A stretch of 64,000 bases of DNA from a virus. The notes below the pieces were generated by a model that worked only from the letters and a program-made list of their open reading frames with translations, searched no databases and was not told where the DNA came from. Shown here one piece after another: positions 53,870-64,000 of the stretch. Location: positions 1 through 64,000 of the IMG/VR virus record IMGVR_UViG_3300012931_000667; one strand, given 5' to 3'. Position 1 is the first letter of the stretch. Each line of letters starts with the position of its first letter. Both the position numbers and the translations under genes were made by a program.

Positions 53870-54525
53870 TGATTTCTATTAATAAACCAGAAAAATTTAT
53901 AAATAAATTAATTGTTTTAGAAGGTGAGGATCATTCAACTAAAACAACAATTGGTAATCAACTTAATTATATATTAAATGATCATGGTATTAATTCTATA
54001 TATACATTTCAACCAGGAGGAAATTGGGATAAAGAGTTAGCTCCACAATTTAGAGCTTATTGCAAAGATAAAAAATATAATTTTGATGATTTAACAATAT
54101 TATTTCTATTTTTAGCTGATAGGTCTGAACATACTAAAAAATTAATTATTCCATCATTAGATGAAGGTAAAACAGTAATTTGTGATCGATATTGGTTTAG
54201 TACAATAGCTTTTCAATTTTGGGGAAATGAATTATTATTTAAGTATACTATGAATGAAGATTTTGCTTATTGGATGAATAGACTTGCTTCTCATTATTGT
54301 ACTCCTGATTATTCATTATTAATTAATAGAGAACAATCAGAAATACAAAAAGTAAAAAATGATGTTAATGATATCTATGAAACTAAGGATAGTTCATTTA
54401 AGAAAAGAGTACATGATGGATACCAACAATTAGTTAATGATGGATTATTAAATAAAGTAAATATTATAGAAAATGATATAGAGGGTACTGTACAAAAAGT
54501 TATTAATTTTATTGAGGAAAAATAA
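53863..54525 (+). CDS. tmk: Thymidylate kinase
   Basis: LEGEDHSTKTT P-loop, LFLADR, ICDRY. Confidence 0.85.
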   Translation: MVMISINKPEKFINKLIVLEGEDHSTKTTIGNQLNYILNDHGINSIYTFQPGGNWDKELAPQFRAYCKDKKYNFDDLTILFLFLADRSEHTKKLIIPSLDEGKTVICDRYWFSTIAFQFWGNELLFKYTMNEDFAYWMNRLASHYCTPDYSLLINREQSEIQKVKNDVNDIYETKDSSFKKRVHDGYQQLVNDGLLNKVNIIENDIEGTVQKVINFIEEK

Positions 54526-54527
54526 TA

Positions 54528-55109
54528 ATGCTATCTAATCAAGAATTATATGAATTAACAACTTCAAATAATAATTGGCAAGAGAATTCTATTACGGATA
54601 CTCAATGGAAACTAGTAACTATAAATGGTCAGAATATATTAGTGTTTCCTCCTACACAAAGTACATTAGATTGGAAACAGAATTTTGATTTTTTTATTGT
54701 ACCTTATAAAAATATGACAAAAAAATGGTATGCTCATAGAGGATTTTTATTAAAGTATAAATCAGTAAATGATAATATTTTAAATGCAGTAAAAGGACTT
54801 GACAATTTAACCATTACTGGATATTCTCAAGGTGCGGCATTAGCAGTATTAGCACATGAGGATATACACTATAATTATCTTAATTTAAATATTAATTCTA
54901 TAGTATTTGGTTGTCCTAAAGTAGTAACTTGGAATGCTCCTAGTGTGCGATGGTCTACTTTTGTAAGATATAAAAATGGTAATGATATAGTAACTCATGT
55001 TCCTCCTAGTATTTTTGGATTTAAATATGTAGGTACTGAAATTAAGGTAGGAGTAAAAAGATTTTTTCTAAGTATAAGGGATCATGCTAATTATTCAGGG
55101 AATATTTAA
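54528..55109 (+). CDS. Class 3 lipase-like alpha/beta hydrolase
   Basis: AHRGF, TGYSQGAALA (GxSxG), FGCPKV, DIVTHVP, terminal DH. Confidence 0.85.
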   Translation: MLSNQELYELTTSNNNWQENSITDTQWKLVTINGQNILVFPPTQSTLDWKQNFDFFIVPYKNMTKKWYAHRGFLLKYKSVNDNILNAVKGLDNLTITGYSQGAALAVLAHEDIHYNYLNLNINSIVFGCPKVVTWNAPSVRWSTFVRYKNGNDIVTHVPPSIFGFKYVGTEIKVGVKRFFLSIRDHANYSGNI

Positions 55110-55342
55110 TGGAACAACAAAACTTTGATTATAGAATATGTTTTCATAAAATGATTCATAATGAAGAATATTATGAAATACATAAAGTATACTATAAAAA
55201 AGATGGAACGATAGATAGAATAATTGATGCTCATCCTATTATAGGGAAAACTATTAGCGATATGAATACTGCATTAGGCATGATGTTATGGGCGGATAAA
55301 AAACCCATTATAGATTATAGTACTAAAAAGGAGATAGAATAA
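55109..55342 (+). CDS. Hypothetical protein
   Basis: Short ORF coupled to the lipase gene. Confidence 0.55.
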   Translation: MEQQNFDYRICFHKMIHNEEYYEIHKVYYKKDGTIDRIIDAHPIIGKTISDMNTALGMMLWADKKPIIDYSTKKEIE

Positions 55343-55345
55343 TTT

Positions 55346-55465
55346 ATAGGGACAGCAAGGCGCTAACCTTGTTGCTAAGGTAATTCCAGCTTTAGCTAAC
55401 CTATTTTTTAATATTTTTAACTATTTAAAAATAGAAGTCTTTAGCGAGACTTAAAAGGAAAAATT
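55346..55465 (+). ncRNA. Structured endonuclease-leader RNA, copy 3
   Basis: P1 ATAGG/CCTAT, GAC, P2 AGCAAGG-CGCTAA-CCTTGTT, P3 GCTAAGG/CTTTAGC, TAA, T-tract, TAACTATTTA, P4 AAGTCT-TTAGCG-AGACTT, AAAGG RBS. Confidence 0.8.
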
Positions 55466-56416
55466 ATGGAAAATAGATTTCAAGAGGCATTTAGTAAATT
55501 ACCATCAGTTGATTTAGAGCATCAAATTCATTTGAATAGGTATATTAAATTTATTAGTAGCAGACTAGAAAGAAAATTTGAATATAAAAAAGGTTTGTGT
55601 AAACATCATGTACATCCTGTTTCTTTTGGAGCAAATAAAGGTTTTAAAGAAAAATGGAACATAATTGTACTAACAGAAAGAGAACATTTTATTGCTCATT
55701 TAATTCTATATAAATGCTATGGTGGAAAAATGACAAGAGCCTTTTTTATGATGAATAATGGAAAGAATATTTTAAGTGGTAATTATAGTAATTTAAATTC
55801 TAAACAATATGAAAAATTAAGAAAAGAGTATACAGAAAAAATAAGTGGAAAAGGTAATCCTATGTATGGTAAAGAAATGAAGGAAATAAATAAAAAATTA
55901 AGAAAAATTCTTTGGACAGGTAAAAATAATCCTATGTATAATTCAAAAAGATATAAAAATAAAAATCCTTTCTATGGTGAACATCATACTGAAGAAACTA
56001 AGATTAAATTAAAAAAAATAGATAAAACAAAAATAATGAAAAAAGTTATATTATTAAATACTAAAAAAATATTTAATAGTATAACAGAAGCTAGTAAGAT
56101 AACTAATATAAGTGCTAGTTCCATAATAGGTTGTTGTTCACATAATCCAAAAATTACTTGTACTCATTATGGATATGAAAATTATTATTGGTTATATATA
56201 GAAGAGTATGACCCTAATTTTGATTATAGCTATTTATTAGATTCTAAAAAAATTATTTGTATAGAAAAAAATGAAATATTTAATAGTGTAAAAGAATGTT
56301 CATTAAAAATGAATATTTCTGAAACATATTTATCATTATGTTGTAATAATAAAGTAGATTCTGCAAAAGGATATCATTTTATGAAGTATAATGCATATAA
56401 AGGAAAAAATGATTAA
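55466..56416 (+). CDS. Free-standing HNH homing endonuclease (Mob-like) with NUMOD and two HTH repeats
   Basis: KHHVHPVSFG...NIIVLTEREHFIAH, NPMYG/NPFYG, HTEETK, two FNS..E(A/C)S...CC repeats. Confidence 0.85.
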   Translation: MENRFQEAFSKLPSVDLEHQIHLNRYIKFISSRLERKFEYKKGLCKHHVHPVSFGANKGFKEKWNIIVLTEREHFIAHLILYKCYGGKMTRAFFMMNNGKNILSGNYSNLNSKQYEKLRKEYTEKISGKGNPMYGKEMKEINKKLRKILWTGKNNPMYNSKRYKNKNPFYGEHHTEETKIKLKKIDKTKIMKKVILLNTKKIFNSITEASKITNISASSIIGCCSHNPKITCTHYGYENYYWLYIEEYDPNFDYSYLLDSKKIICIEKNEIFNSVKECSLKMNISETYLSLCCNNKVDSAKGYHFMKYNAYKGKND

Positions 56417-58220
56417 TTGTTATTGTAATATGAATACTGGTACTTTTAATTTTAAATTTTCTGAAGATATTCAATATTTTTCTGATATAATTATTTTATT
56501 AAGAGAAAATTATCATTGTACTTATAATAAGGTTATTCATGAATGGTTTACACAAAAAGCATTAGTAGCTCAATCTATTATTTTAGATTTAAAAGCATAT
56601 GATGATGTGTTTATTAGTAAAGAAGATGAAGAACTTATTGAGAATATGATATATCCAAAAGATTTTTCTTATAAAAACATAAAAAAACAAATTAATAATG
56701 AATGGTTAAAAAAATTTCCATGCATAATTGGAAAATCACCTTTTGAGAATTATCAAATGGATACTATCAGATTTTCTTTAAATAGAAATAGAGCTATAAT
56801 ATCTTTAGCACCAGGAACAGGTAAAAGTTATATTATGGAAGCAATTATATCCTCTTTAAAGGATATAGGTAATAAAAAAATATTATGGGTTAATAGATTA
56901 GAAGGACAAACAACTCAATATTACAAAATATTAAAATTTCTTTCTGATTTTTATAATGAAGAAGATGTAAGTATTGTAGAAACTAATAATAGAGAAATAG
57001 AAGACTACTTTAATAAAAAAGTTATTATTACTAACTATACATCATTAAGATTATCAAATGAATATTATTATCATATTAAAAATAAAAAACATAAAAAAGG
57101 AAGTAAGCCAGGAAAAGATTATATTGATTTTAGCAAATGGGGTAAACCAGAGGATTTAATATTAATTCTTGATGAAACACAATCTATATGTAACTATTCA
57201 TCTTTGCAATCTCAAGTAATACAATTTCATAAAAATTATTTTGATACTAGGTATTTAATGTCAGGAAGTATTGGATATAAAATTTTGGATTATTTTGCAT
57301 TATGTAAAGTATTAATTCCAGAATCTGTTCCTTATTCTTTTTCAGAATTTAGAGACTATCTATCAGTTAGAGGTACTTATGGTAAAGAATTAATTCCTGA
57401 ACGAGTGAAAAAGTTTAAAGAAAAAGTAATTGATAAAATACAAATTAGTTATGGTGAAGAAGTACTAGATTTAAAACCATTTATTGAAGAAGAAGTATTT
57501 ATAGATATGTCACCTAAAATGAGAAAAATGTATAAAGATTTTGTTGATGATAAAGTGAATGTAATTGAACATAAAAAAGATAGTGTTAATATTAGTACTA
57601 TAGAAGCAAATTTTGGATCATTACTATTATTTACTTCTGATCCTATACTACTAAACTTTCCTAATTGGAAATTTACTGAAAATCCTAAAATTGATTATTT
57701 AAAATCAATGCTAGAAAGATATATTGATGATGAGGGTAGAAAAGTAGTAGTATGGTCTAATCATCCTATGGTTATTAATGAATTAGGAAAAGTATTTAAT
57801 AAATATGACCCTATAATTATACATGGTGATGAAAGTACTTCAGTTAAAAGAAAAATGAGAGATAAATTAATACAAGATTTTAGAACTAATAATAATAAGC
57901 ATCTACTTATATGTTCATATGTACTTAACTCTTCTATTGATTTATATGAAGCTACTAGAGAAGTATATTGGGATAATATTACAGATAATGATAAACGTGA
58001 TCAATCTAAAAAAAGATTATGGAGATTGGGACAATTAGAATCTGTTAAATCTCATTATTTCCTCTTTGATAAATCAATAGATATATATTGTTATTATGAA
58101 ATACTATGTAGAAAAAATAAAGTTAGAAATTTATTAATGGAAAAAAACAAACTATCATTAGAAGATTATGCTACAGTATTTAATGCTAAAGCTCAATATT
58201 ATTGGAAAGATACTGATTGA
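56409..58220 (+). CDS. SF2 (SNF2-like) helicase
   Basis: PGTGKS, LDETQ, MSG, ENPK, VVVWS, IHG, QSKKRLWRLGQ. Start reassigned to 56409. Confidence 0.8.
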   Translation: MINCYCNMNTGTFNFKFSEDIQYFSDIIILLRENYHCTYNKVIHEWFTQKALVAQSIILDLKAYDDVFISKEDEELIENMIYPKDFSYKNIKKQINNEWLKKFPCIIGKSPFENYQMDTIRFSLNRNRAIISLAPGTGKSYIMEAIISSLKDIGNKKILWVNRLEGQTTQYYKILKFLSDFYNEEDVSIVETNNREIEDYFNKKVIITNYTSLRLSNEYYYHIKNKKHKKGSKPGKDYIDFSKWGKPEDLILILDETQSICNYSSLQSQVIQFHKNYFDTRYLMSGSIGYKILDYFALCKVLIPESVPYSFSEFRDYLSVRGTYGKELIPERVKKFKEKVIDKIQISYGEEVLDLKPFIEEEVFIDMSPKMRKMYKDFVDDKVNVIEHKKDSVNISTIEANFGSLLLFTSDPILLNFPNWKFTENPKIDYLKSMLERYIDDEGRKVVVWSNHPMVINELGKVFNKYDPIIIHGDESTSVKRKMRDKLIQDFRTNNNKHLLICSYVLNSSIDLYEATREVYWDNITDNDKRDQSKKRLWRLGQLESVKSHYFLFDKSIDIYCYYEILCRKNKVRNLLMEKNKLSLEDYATVFNAKAQYYWKDTD

Positions 58221-58245
58221 CATTAATCATAAATTTTGATAGAGT
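58217..58245 (+). promoter_or_regulatory. Sigma70-type promoter
   Basis: TTGACA-N17-TAGAGT with extended TG. Confidence 0.65.
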
Positions 58246-58270
58246 ATCAAGAAAATAAGTAGGTAAAATA

Positions 58271-58700
58271 ATGTATATTACAGTAAATTATTTAAATAAA
58301 AAAGAGTTAGGGATTAATCAGACAGAATTCCAATTATCAGATATTGACACTGATGTCAAGGTTTATGTAAATGGAAAAGATTTTGATTTAGGTGAATACA
58401 AAAGTTATTGATCAACTAACTTTATCTGATATTAAAGATATTATTTGTGATAAGGATTATACTGCTAGTGATTTGGATTTAGACATTGAAGATGAAGATG
58501 AAATCATTTATGAATATTTTGATAATAAAGATTTATATGATATTATTTCTGATCGCTTTGATGATACTGATGTTTATCATTATATTGAAAAAAGGTTAAG
58601 TAAAGATAAAAAAATTGATATTACTAATTTTATTAGTGAAAATGTAATAGTAAATCAACTAAGATTATTAGGGTATGAAATTAAAAAGGAAAATAATTAA
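58271..58700 (+). pseudogene. Acidic hypothetical gene probably split by a +1 frameshift near 58400
   Basis: ORF 58271-58411 has a promoter and RBS; it overlaps the RBS-less ORF 58392-58700. Confidence 0.45.
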
Positions 58701-58900
58701 TGGATTTACCGATAGAAGTTATGGATATTCTTAAAAAATACTCAAGGTATCCTAATAGTGGATATATTAATCCTTATTTTCTTTCAGATATTTCAAATTT
58801 ACTGAAAACGTATTATCAATTATCAGATGATACTGTTGATACATGGATTTATAATATATTTGGTAGATAATATTTAATTATAAAAAAAGGAAAATAAAGA

Positions 58901-59269
58901 ATGTTGGAAATTAATCAAGAAGAGAAACAGATAGTAGAACTATTACGAGCATTATCATCAGAATCAGAAGAAAGAATATATAACATCCTACTAGCATTAA
59001 TGAAATATGCATTAATGCAAACTACTGATGGTAAACAGATTACTATCCCTATGTTTGGAGATTTTTTTATCAAGTATAAGGGGGATATAGTAGTTAATGA
59101 TAAGTTAGAAGCTGATTTAGATTGCTACTTCACTCCTTCTACATTATTAAAAAGATCAATAGGACAATACAAAGATGTAGAAAAAGGTAAATTAGCTATG
59201 CAAGATATGGATATTATAAAATATCATAAGTTAAATATTGAACGAATAATAAGAAGCAAAGTAGATTAA
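58901..59269 (+). CDS. HU/IHF-like DNA-binding protein
   Basis: ITIPMFGDFFI and FTPSTLLKRSI match the HU-family IxxFGxF and FxPSxxLK patterns. Confidence 0.55.
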   Translation: MLEINQEEKQIVELLRALSSESEERIYNILLALMKYALMQTTDGKQITIPMFGDFFIKYKGDIVVNDKLEADLDCYFTPSTLLKRSIGQYKDVEKGKLAMQDMDIIKYHKLNIERIIRSKVD

Positions 59270-59280
59270 GGATACATATA

Positions 59281-60048
59281 TTGAATACTGATGATACTAT
59301 ACTATGGTTTCCTCATTACAAGCCATGTACAAAATGTCAATCAGGGTTTATTATAAATGAAGGAAAAGCAACTAAATGTGAATGTAAAATAATGTATGAT
59401 ACTGAATTATTATTTATTAATGATTTAATTGATAGTAACCTACTACAAGTATTCTCTTCCGAAGCTCAATATACCTTTTTAAAAGAGTATACTATAGATT
59501 CATATAGAGGAATTGATAATAATAAAAATAAGGATAAAATAAATAAGTATATATCTAAATTTAATGATAAGTATAATAGTGTCAATCTATTTTTTAGTGG
59601 TGAACCAGGAACACAAAAAACTACACTAGCAAAATATATATTATGCTCATTATTAAGACAAAAAAAGAATGGGTATTACATAATTGCTAATGATTTATTT
59701 AATACATTAACTAACTCTGAAAGAAATGAAGAAGCTAGAGAAAAATTAAAAGAATTAATCACTAAGGATATATTAATAATTGATGAATTTGATGAAAGCA
59801 AAATTACATTATATAACTCTGATTGGAAACAAAAATTTATATTACCTTTTTTAAAGATAAGGTTAGAAACTGTAAGGAAAGCAACTATATTTATTTCAAA
59901 TAAACTACCTACTGAATTAGGAGAAAAATTTGATGGTGCTATTCAAGATTTAATAGTGAGAGAAACATCAGGTTCAGTATTAATTTTTAATGATAATTAT
60001 GCTAAATATAAAGATAATATAAAAATAAGTAGCATTTGGGACGATTAA
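59281..60048 (+). CDS. DnaC/IstB-like AAA+ helicase loader
   Basis: N-terminal CxxC...CxC, GEPGTQKT, LIIDEFD, TIFISN; adjacent to dnaB. Confidence 0.8.
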   Translation: MNTDDTILWFPHYKPCTKCQSGFIINEGKATKCECKIMYDTELLFINDLIDSNLLQVFSSEAQYTFLKEYTIDSYRGIDNNKNKDKINKYISKFNDKYNSVNLFFSGEPGTQKTTLAKYILCSLLRQKKNGYYIIANDLFNTLTNSERNEEAREKLKELITKDILIIDEFDESKITLYNSDWKQKFILPFLKIRLETVRKATIFISNKLPTELGEKFDGAIQDLIVRETSGSVLIFNDNYAKYKDNIKISSIWDD

Positions 60049-60064
60049 CTAATAAAGGTAATTA

Positions 60065-61462
60065 ATGTCTACTAATAATATCAATATCACTATAACAGAA
60101 AAACAATTACTTCATGCTTTGTATGATAATCTAAAATTATTAGATACCCTTAGTATAGATGAATTCATTACTGATGTAGCTAATGAATTTTATGGTGTGT
60201 TCATTAAACTATATGATTTAAAGTTAGAAGTAATTCCTGAACATATATTAAAATATAAATCAGAATTTATTAAGATAGAAACATTAACTGCTATTATTGA
60301 TACAAAGTATCAGTTAGATAGTATTGATCAATATGTTAAAGAAATAAAAGAGTATAGTCTATATAAAAATCTAGAAGAAAAGGTATTAAAAGATACTTTA
60401 TATGAACTAGGTAAAAAGAATACTACTAATAGGTTAGAAATTCTTACTAATTGCTATCAACAGTTTGGTAATACACTACAAAAATTAAAATCTGATAATA
60501 ATGAGGAAAAGGAGTACTTAACATTTGAAAATTTAATATCTGATCATAAGGAAGTAATAACTGAACGTAGTAAGATTATAAAACAAACTACTGGATGTCC
60601 TAATTTTGATCTTTTACTTCCACAGATTGTTCCTGGATTAGTAATAATTGCTGGTTATAGTGGAAGTTGTAAAAGTACATTATTAATGTATTTAGAACGT
60701 CAAAGAGTAATAAAAAGATTAAATTGTATAGCAATTAATACTGAAATGGCTAAAACAGCATATAATGATTCTTTATTTCCTTCATTTTTAAAAGTAAATT
60801 ATTATGATATGCTAGGAATTAATAAAAAAGAAGATATAGATTATGATTATATATTAAGTAGAATGAATGAAATAGAAAATAAATATAGTGGAAAAAGTAA
60901 TTATCTATATTTAAATAAGTATGATGCTTCAATTGATGATTTAGAAAAATTTGCTATTTTTGCTAGAGAGTTTATGAATTTAGATAAAAGTAAAACTTTG
61001 TTTTGTTTCATAGATTTATTATCAATGATAAAAGATTTTAATCTAAGTAAAAGTGGATTTAATAAAGCAGATTCTATTGAATTAGGGGTTAATCGTTTAA
61101 ATGAATTTTGTTTGAAAAATAATGTATTAACTATAGGAACATTACAATTAAAACGTAAGGATGATACAAAAAGAATTGAAAGATTAGATCAAATTGAAAA
61201 TTATAGATGTAATGCTTCTGATATAAAGTCATCAGGTTCTTGGGAAGAAAGAGCACGAATAGTTATGTCTGTATTCAATCCTTGGTCAATTGTGCATCGT
61301 AATCCTACTTCACAAGTTATTAGAGATTCAATTGATCCTATTATTGATGTAGATATTAATAAAGACAATTATTTTTCTCAATCTGGTAAAAGAATACAAT
61401 ACCTTTATCAAGAAAATTATAAAACTTTTATACCTTATTATAATAATGAAGAAAATAAATAG
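60065..61462 (+). CDS. dnaB: DnaB-like replicative helicase
   Basis: AGYSGSCKS, NTEM, FIDLLSMI, LQLKR, DIKSSGSWEERA. Confidence 0.8.
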   Translation: MSTNNINITITEKQLLHALYDNLKLLDTLSIDEFITDVANEFYGVFIKLYDLKLEVIPEHILKYKSEFIKIETLTAIIDTKYQLDSIDQYVKEIKEYSLYKNLEEKVLKDTLYELGKKNTTNRLEILTNCYQQFGNTLQKLKSDNNEEKEYLTFENLISDHKEVITERSKIIKQTTGCPNFDLLLPQIVPGLVIIAGYSGSCKSTLLMYLERQRVIKRLNCIAINTEMAKTAYNDSLFPSFLKVNYYDMLGINKKEDIDYDYILSRMNEIENKYSGKSNYLYLNKYDASIDDLEKFAIFAREFMNLDKSKTLFCFIDLLSMIKDFNLSKSGFNKADSIELGVNRLNEFCLKNNVLTIGTLQLKRKDDTKRIERLDQIENYRCNASDIKSSGSWEERARIVMSVFNPWSIVHRNPTSQVIRDSIDPIIDVDINKDNYFSQSGKRIQYLYQENYKTFIPYYNNEENK

Positions 61463-61464
61463 TT

Positions 61465-62400
61465 ATGATTATAGGTATTTATAAAATAAGTAACAAAGTT
61501 AATGGAAAGGTTTATATTGGACAATCTTGGAATATTGAAAAAAGATTTAAAGAACATAGAAAAAGAGAACTTAATAATCATTTAAAAAATGCTTTTAATA
61601 AATATGAAATTGAAAATTTTTCTTTTGAAATAATAATGACCTTTAAAAATGGTCCCTTTACTCAAAAATATTTAGATAAATTTGAAGATTATTACATTAA
61701 ATTTTATGATTCAATGAATAGTAAAAAAGGATATAATAAACGTGAAGGAGGAAGTAATGGAAAGATGTCTAAAGAGTCAAAAATTAAAATAGGTAATGCT
61801 AGTAGAGGTGAAAAAAATGCTAATTATGGAAAAAAATTTTCTAAAGAAACCTTATTTAAAATGAGAATAGCTAAATTAGGAATTAAACAATCTGAAGAAC
61901 TTAAAATAAAAAGAGGAATATATAAAAAAGGAAAAGATAATCCTCACTATGGCATTATTCGTTCTGATGAAACAAAATATAAAATAAAAATTAGTAGAAA
62001 TAAAATGGCTGTTGTCTGTATAGAGACTAAAGAAAAATTTGATTCTGTAACAGAAGCTAGTAAAAAATATAAAATAGATAAAAAATCAATATTAAATGTT
62101 TGTAGAAATATTATCAATTATAATACTGCTGGTGGCTTTCATTGGATGTTTTTAAGTGATTATGATGAAAATAAAATTTATAATTTTAGAAAAAACAAAA
62201 CAAATGAAATTAAGGTAATAAATATAGATACTATGGAAATTTTTGATTCAATTACAAAAGCCGCTAAAAAATATAATTTATCTATTTCTAATATTCATTC
62301 TTGTTGTAATAAAAAACAAAAAACTGCTGGTGGTTATCAATGGATGTACTATATTGAATATTTAAAATTAGGACTTGACAAGAAAAGTATAATATGTTAG
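61465..62400 (+). CDS. Free-standing GIY-YIG homing endonuclease with NUMOD3 and two HTH repeats
   Basis: GIYKISNKVNGKVYIGQS, GYN, two FDS.T.A.K...AGG.(H/Q)W repeats. Confidence 0.9.
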   Translation: MIIGIYKISNKVNGKVYIGQSWNIEKRFKEHRKRELNNHLKNAFNKYEIENFSFEIIMTFKNGPFTQKYLDKFEDYYIKFYDSMNSKKGYNKREGGSNGKMSKESKIKIGNASRGEKNANYGKKFSKETLFKMRIAKLGIKQSEELKIKRGIYKKGKDNPHYGIIRSDETKYKIKISRNKMAVVCIETKEKFDSVTEASKKYKIDKKSILNVCRNIINYNTAGGFHWMFLSDYDENKIYNFRKNKTNEIKVINIDTMEIFDSITKAAKKYNLSISNIHSCCNKKQKTAGGYQWMYYIEYLKLGLDKKSIIC

Positions 62401-62403
62401 AAT
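62375..62403 (+). promoter_or_regulatory. Sigma70-type promoter within the 3' end of the endonuclease gene
   Basis: TTGACA-N17-TAGAAT with extended TG. Confidence 0.7.
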
Positions 62404-62424
62404 CTTATATTCATATAATATAAA

Positions 62425-62493
62425 AAAAGATTACAATACTTATATCAATCTGATTTCAAAACTTTTGTTCCTTATGTAGAAATTAATACTTAG
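62425..62493 (+). pseudogene. Displaced duplicate of the dnaB 3' end
   Basis: Encodes KRLQYLYQSDFKTFVPYVEINT*, versus the DnaB C-terminus KRIQYLYQENYKTFIPYYNNEENK*. Confidence 0.85.
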
Positions 62494-62505
62494 GAGGGTT
62501 ATTAA

Positions 62506-64000
62506 ATGGATCAATATTTTAAACTACCTCCATTTACTATGTCTGAAATACTATTTCATGACCCTCCTCAATATGATATTATGACTCCTATTAAACTAAC
62601 AAATGAAGAAATAGTTGATCATTTAGAAAAAGAAAATAAATTATTAAGAAAATCAATAGAGAATTTAAAACAATATTATGGTGTAGAATATTTAGAAGCA
62701 GTAAGAGAATTAGAAACATATTTAATTTATTCTAGAATAGAAGTAAAAGAGGAAAAAGATGGATCAAACAATTAAATTACCTGAAGATATTCATATTGAA
62801 ACTGTAGAATTAGTGGGGGTAGATTCTTTAGGAAGAAAACATGCTATAACTTGTGATATTGCTTTAGAAGATAATAAAGGGTATATAAATTATTATAATC
62901 TTCAGGGACAACTTACCACCAATAAAGATTATTTAATTGATGGGCTAGTTACCCATTATAAATGTGCTACTTGTGGTAGTACTTATCCTAAAGAGGAAAG
63001 TAGATACTATACAAATAAAATTTGTAGGAAATGTAGAGATATAGAAGAAAAAAATAAAGAGATTGATAAATATAATAGTTTAGAGATAGAAGAAAATCCA
63101 GAGTTTCCTATTGTAGATTACATAACTAATAAATATTTCTTTAATTATGAAGATTTAATTGATCAATTAATTGAAAATACAAATTTTTATACTATGAGCT
63201 ACTTAGGAATTGATGAGTATTTATCTAATTTACACTTTGTTACTGCAAAACCTATGGAAGCTCCTACTATTGATTTAATTGAACTATTAGATGAAAGGGA
63301 TGATTATTTTAATGATAATGATGATTTATCAAATTTATTAGGGCATACTGATGATGGAGAAAATATAAATAATTTAAATATTTTAGTACAAGAGTCTTTA
63401 TCTCAAATGTGGAAAAATGGTAGTAAGGTATATACACCTACTAATAAAAGATTTGATATTAAAAAATTAATAAAAATTAGTGATTTAAAAGAAGTGAAAG
63501 AATAATCTATGGAAAAGCAAAAGTTATTAAAGAATATTTATATTGCTAAAGATTTTAATAGTATTGTTATAGGCTTAATTTTAGCAAGAGACAAAGATAT
63601 AGCTAAAGTCTTTTTTGATGGCAAGTATCCTTCTAAAGTAAATTCAATAGAAGAAATAGACATTGAAGATATAGATAAAAAAATACCAGGACAATTATAT
63701 TTTAATATTATAGAAACAGAAGAGTTATCTATTAATTATAAGGACAAGGTAAGAGTAACTATTCAAAGATAAAGGAGATTACTATGGATAATAAAAAAGA
63801 AGAAATTAATGTAGTTTCTAGATTTAAAATAAAAGTTGGTGCTACAGAATTAGAACTAAGTAAGGATGATGCTGAAGCACTATATAATGCACTATTTATT
63901 GCATTAGGAAAGAGTCTACCTACTACAATTAATATCCCTTACATTATTAAAGAAATTCCTTATTGGGAACCTTATAAATATAAGTGGAATAATGAACAAC
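62506..64000 (+). CDS. Four hypothetical proteins (62506-62775, 62759-63505, 63509-63772, 63784 to beyond the window)
   Basis: Packed ORFs; 62759-63505 has CxxC...CxxC. Confidence 0.55.

Noticed and set aside
61456-61465. Perfect TAACTATTTA on the minus strand at the dnaB stop, pointing antisense
   Set aside because: A single occurrence in very AT-rich sequence that is constrained by stop and start codons; it cannot be distinguished from chance.
1-64000. Genome-wide TAG stop-codon reassignment
   Set aside because: Long conserved genes are intact in the standard code and several (terminase, dnaB) end naturally at TAG. Only one clear internal TAG was seen.

Overview
This very AT-rich window reads as part of a large (jumbo-type) tailed dsDNA phage genome in the standard genetic code. 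Nearly all genes from 1 to about 46.8 kb lie on the minus strand and all genes after about 47.2 kb lie on the plus strand. The switch point is a structured, origin-like intergenic region next to a winged-HTH protein. Recognisable genes cover nucleotide-sugar synthesis (RmlD-like, RfbH-like), RNA repair (two stand-alone RNA ligases, a Hen1-ligase fusion, a phosphoesterase, Thg1), replication and recombination (RecA, DnaB, DnaC-like loader, clamp-like, FEN-like, PIF1 and SNF2 helicases), nucleotide metabolism (NrdD/NrdG, Tmk, MazG, Nudix) and a terminase large subunit. Mobile DNA is abundant: three LAGLIDADG inteins, five free-standing endonuclease genes and one tnpB-only IS element. The most striking observation is a ~110-nt structured leader found three times, each time before a different type of free-standing endonuclease. 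It consists of a three-way junction, a U-tract, a putative phage promoter and a hairpin abutting the ribosome-binding site. In each copy the two hairpin loops are perfectly complementary 6-mers, and the 6-mer differs between copies. Other highlights are a reconstructable tnpB insertion site with a predicted TAM and guide, a GIY-YIG cassette that replaced the 3' end of dnaB, and a 66% GC patch inside recA. All calls come from reading motifs by eye; no database searches were run.
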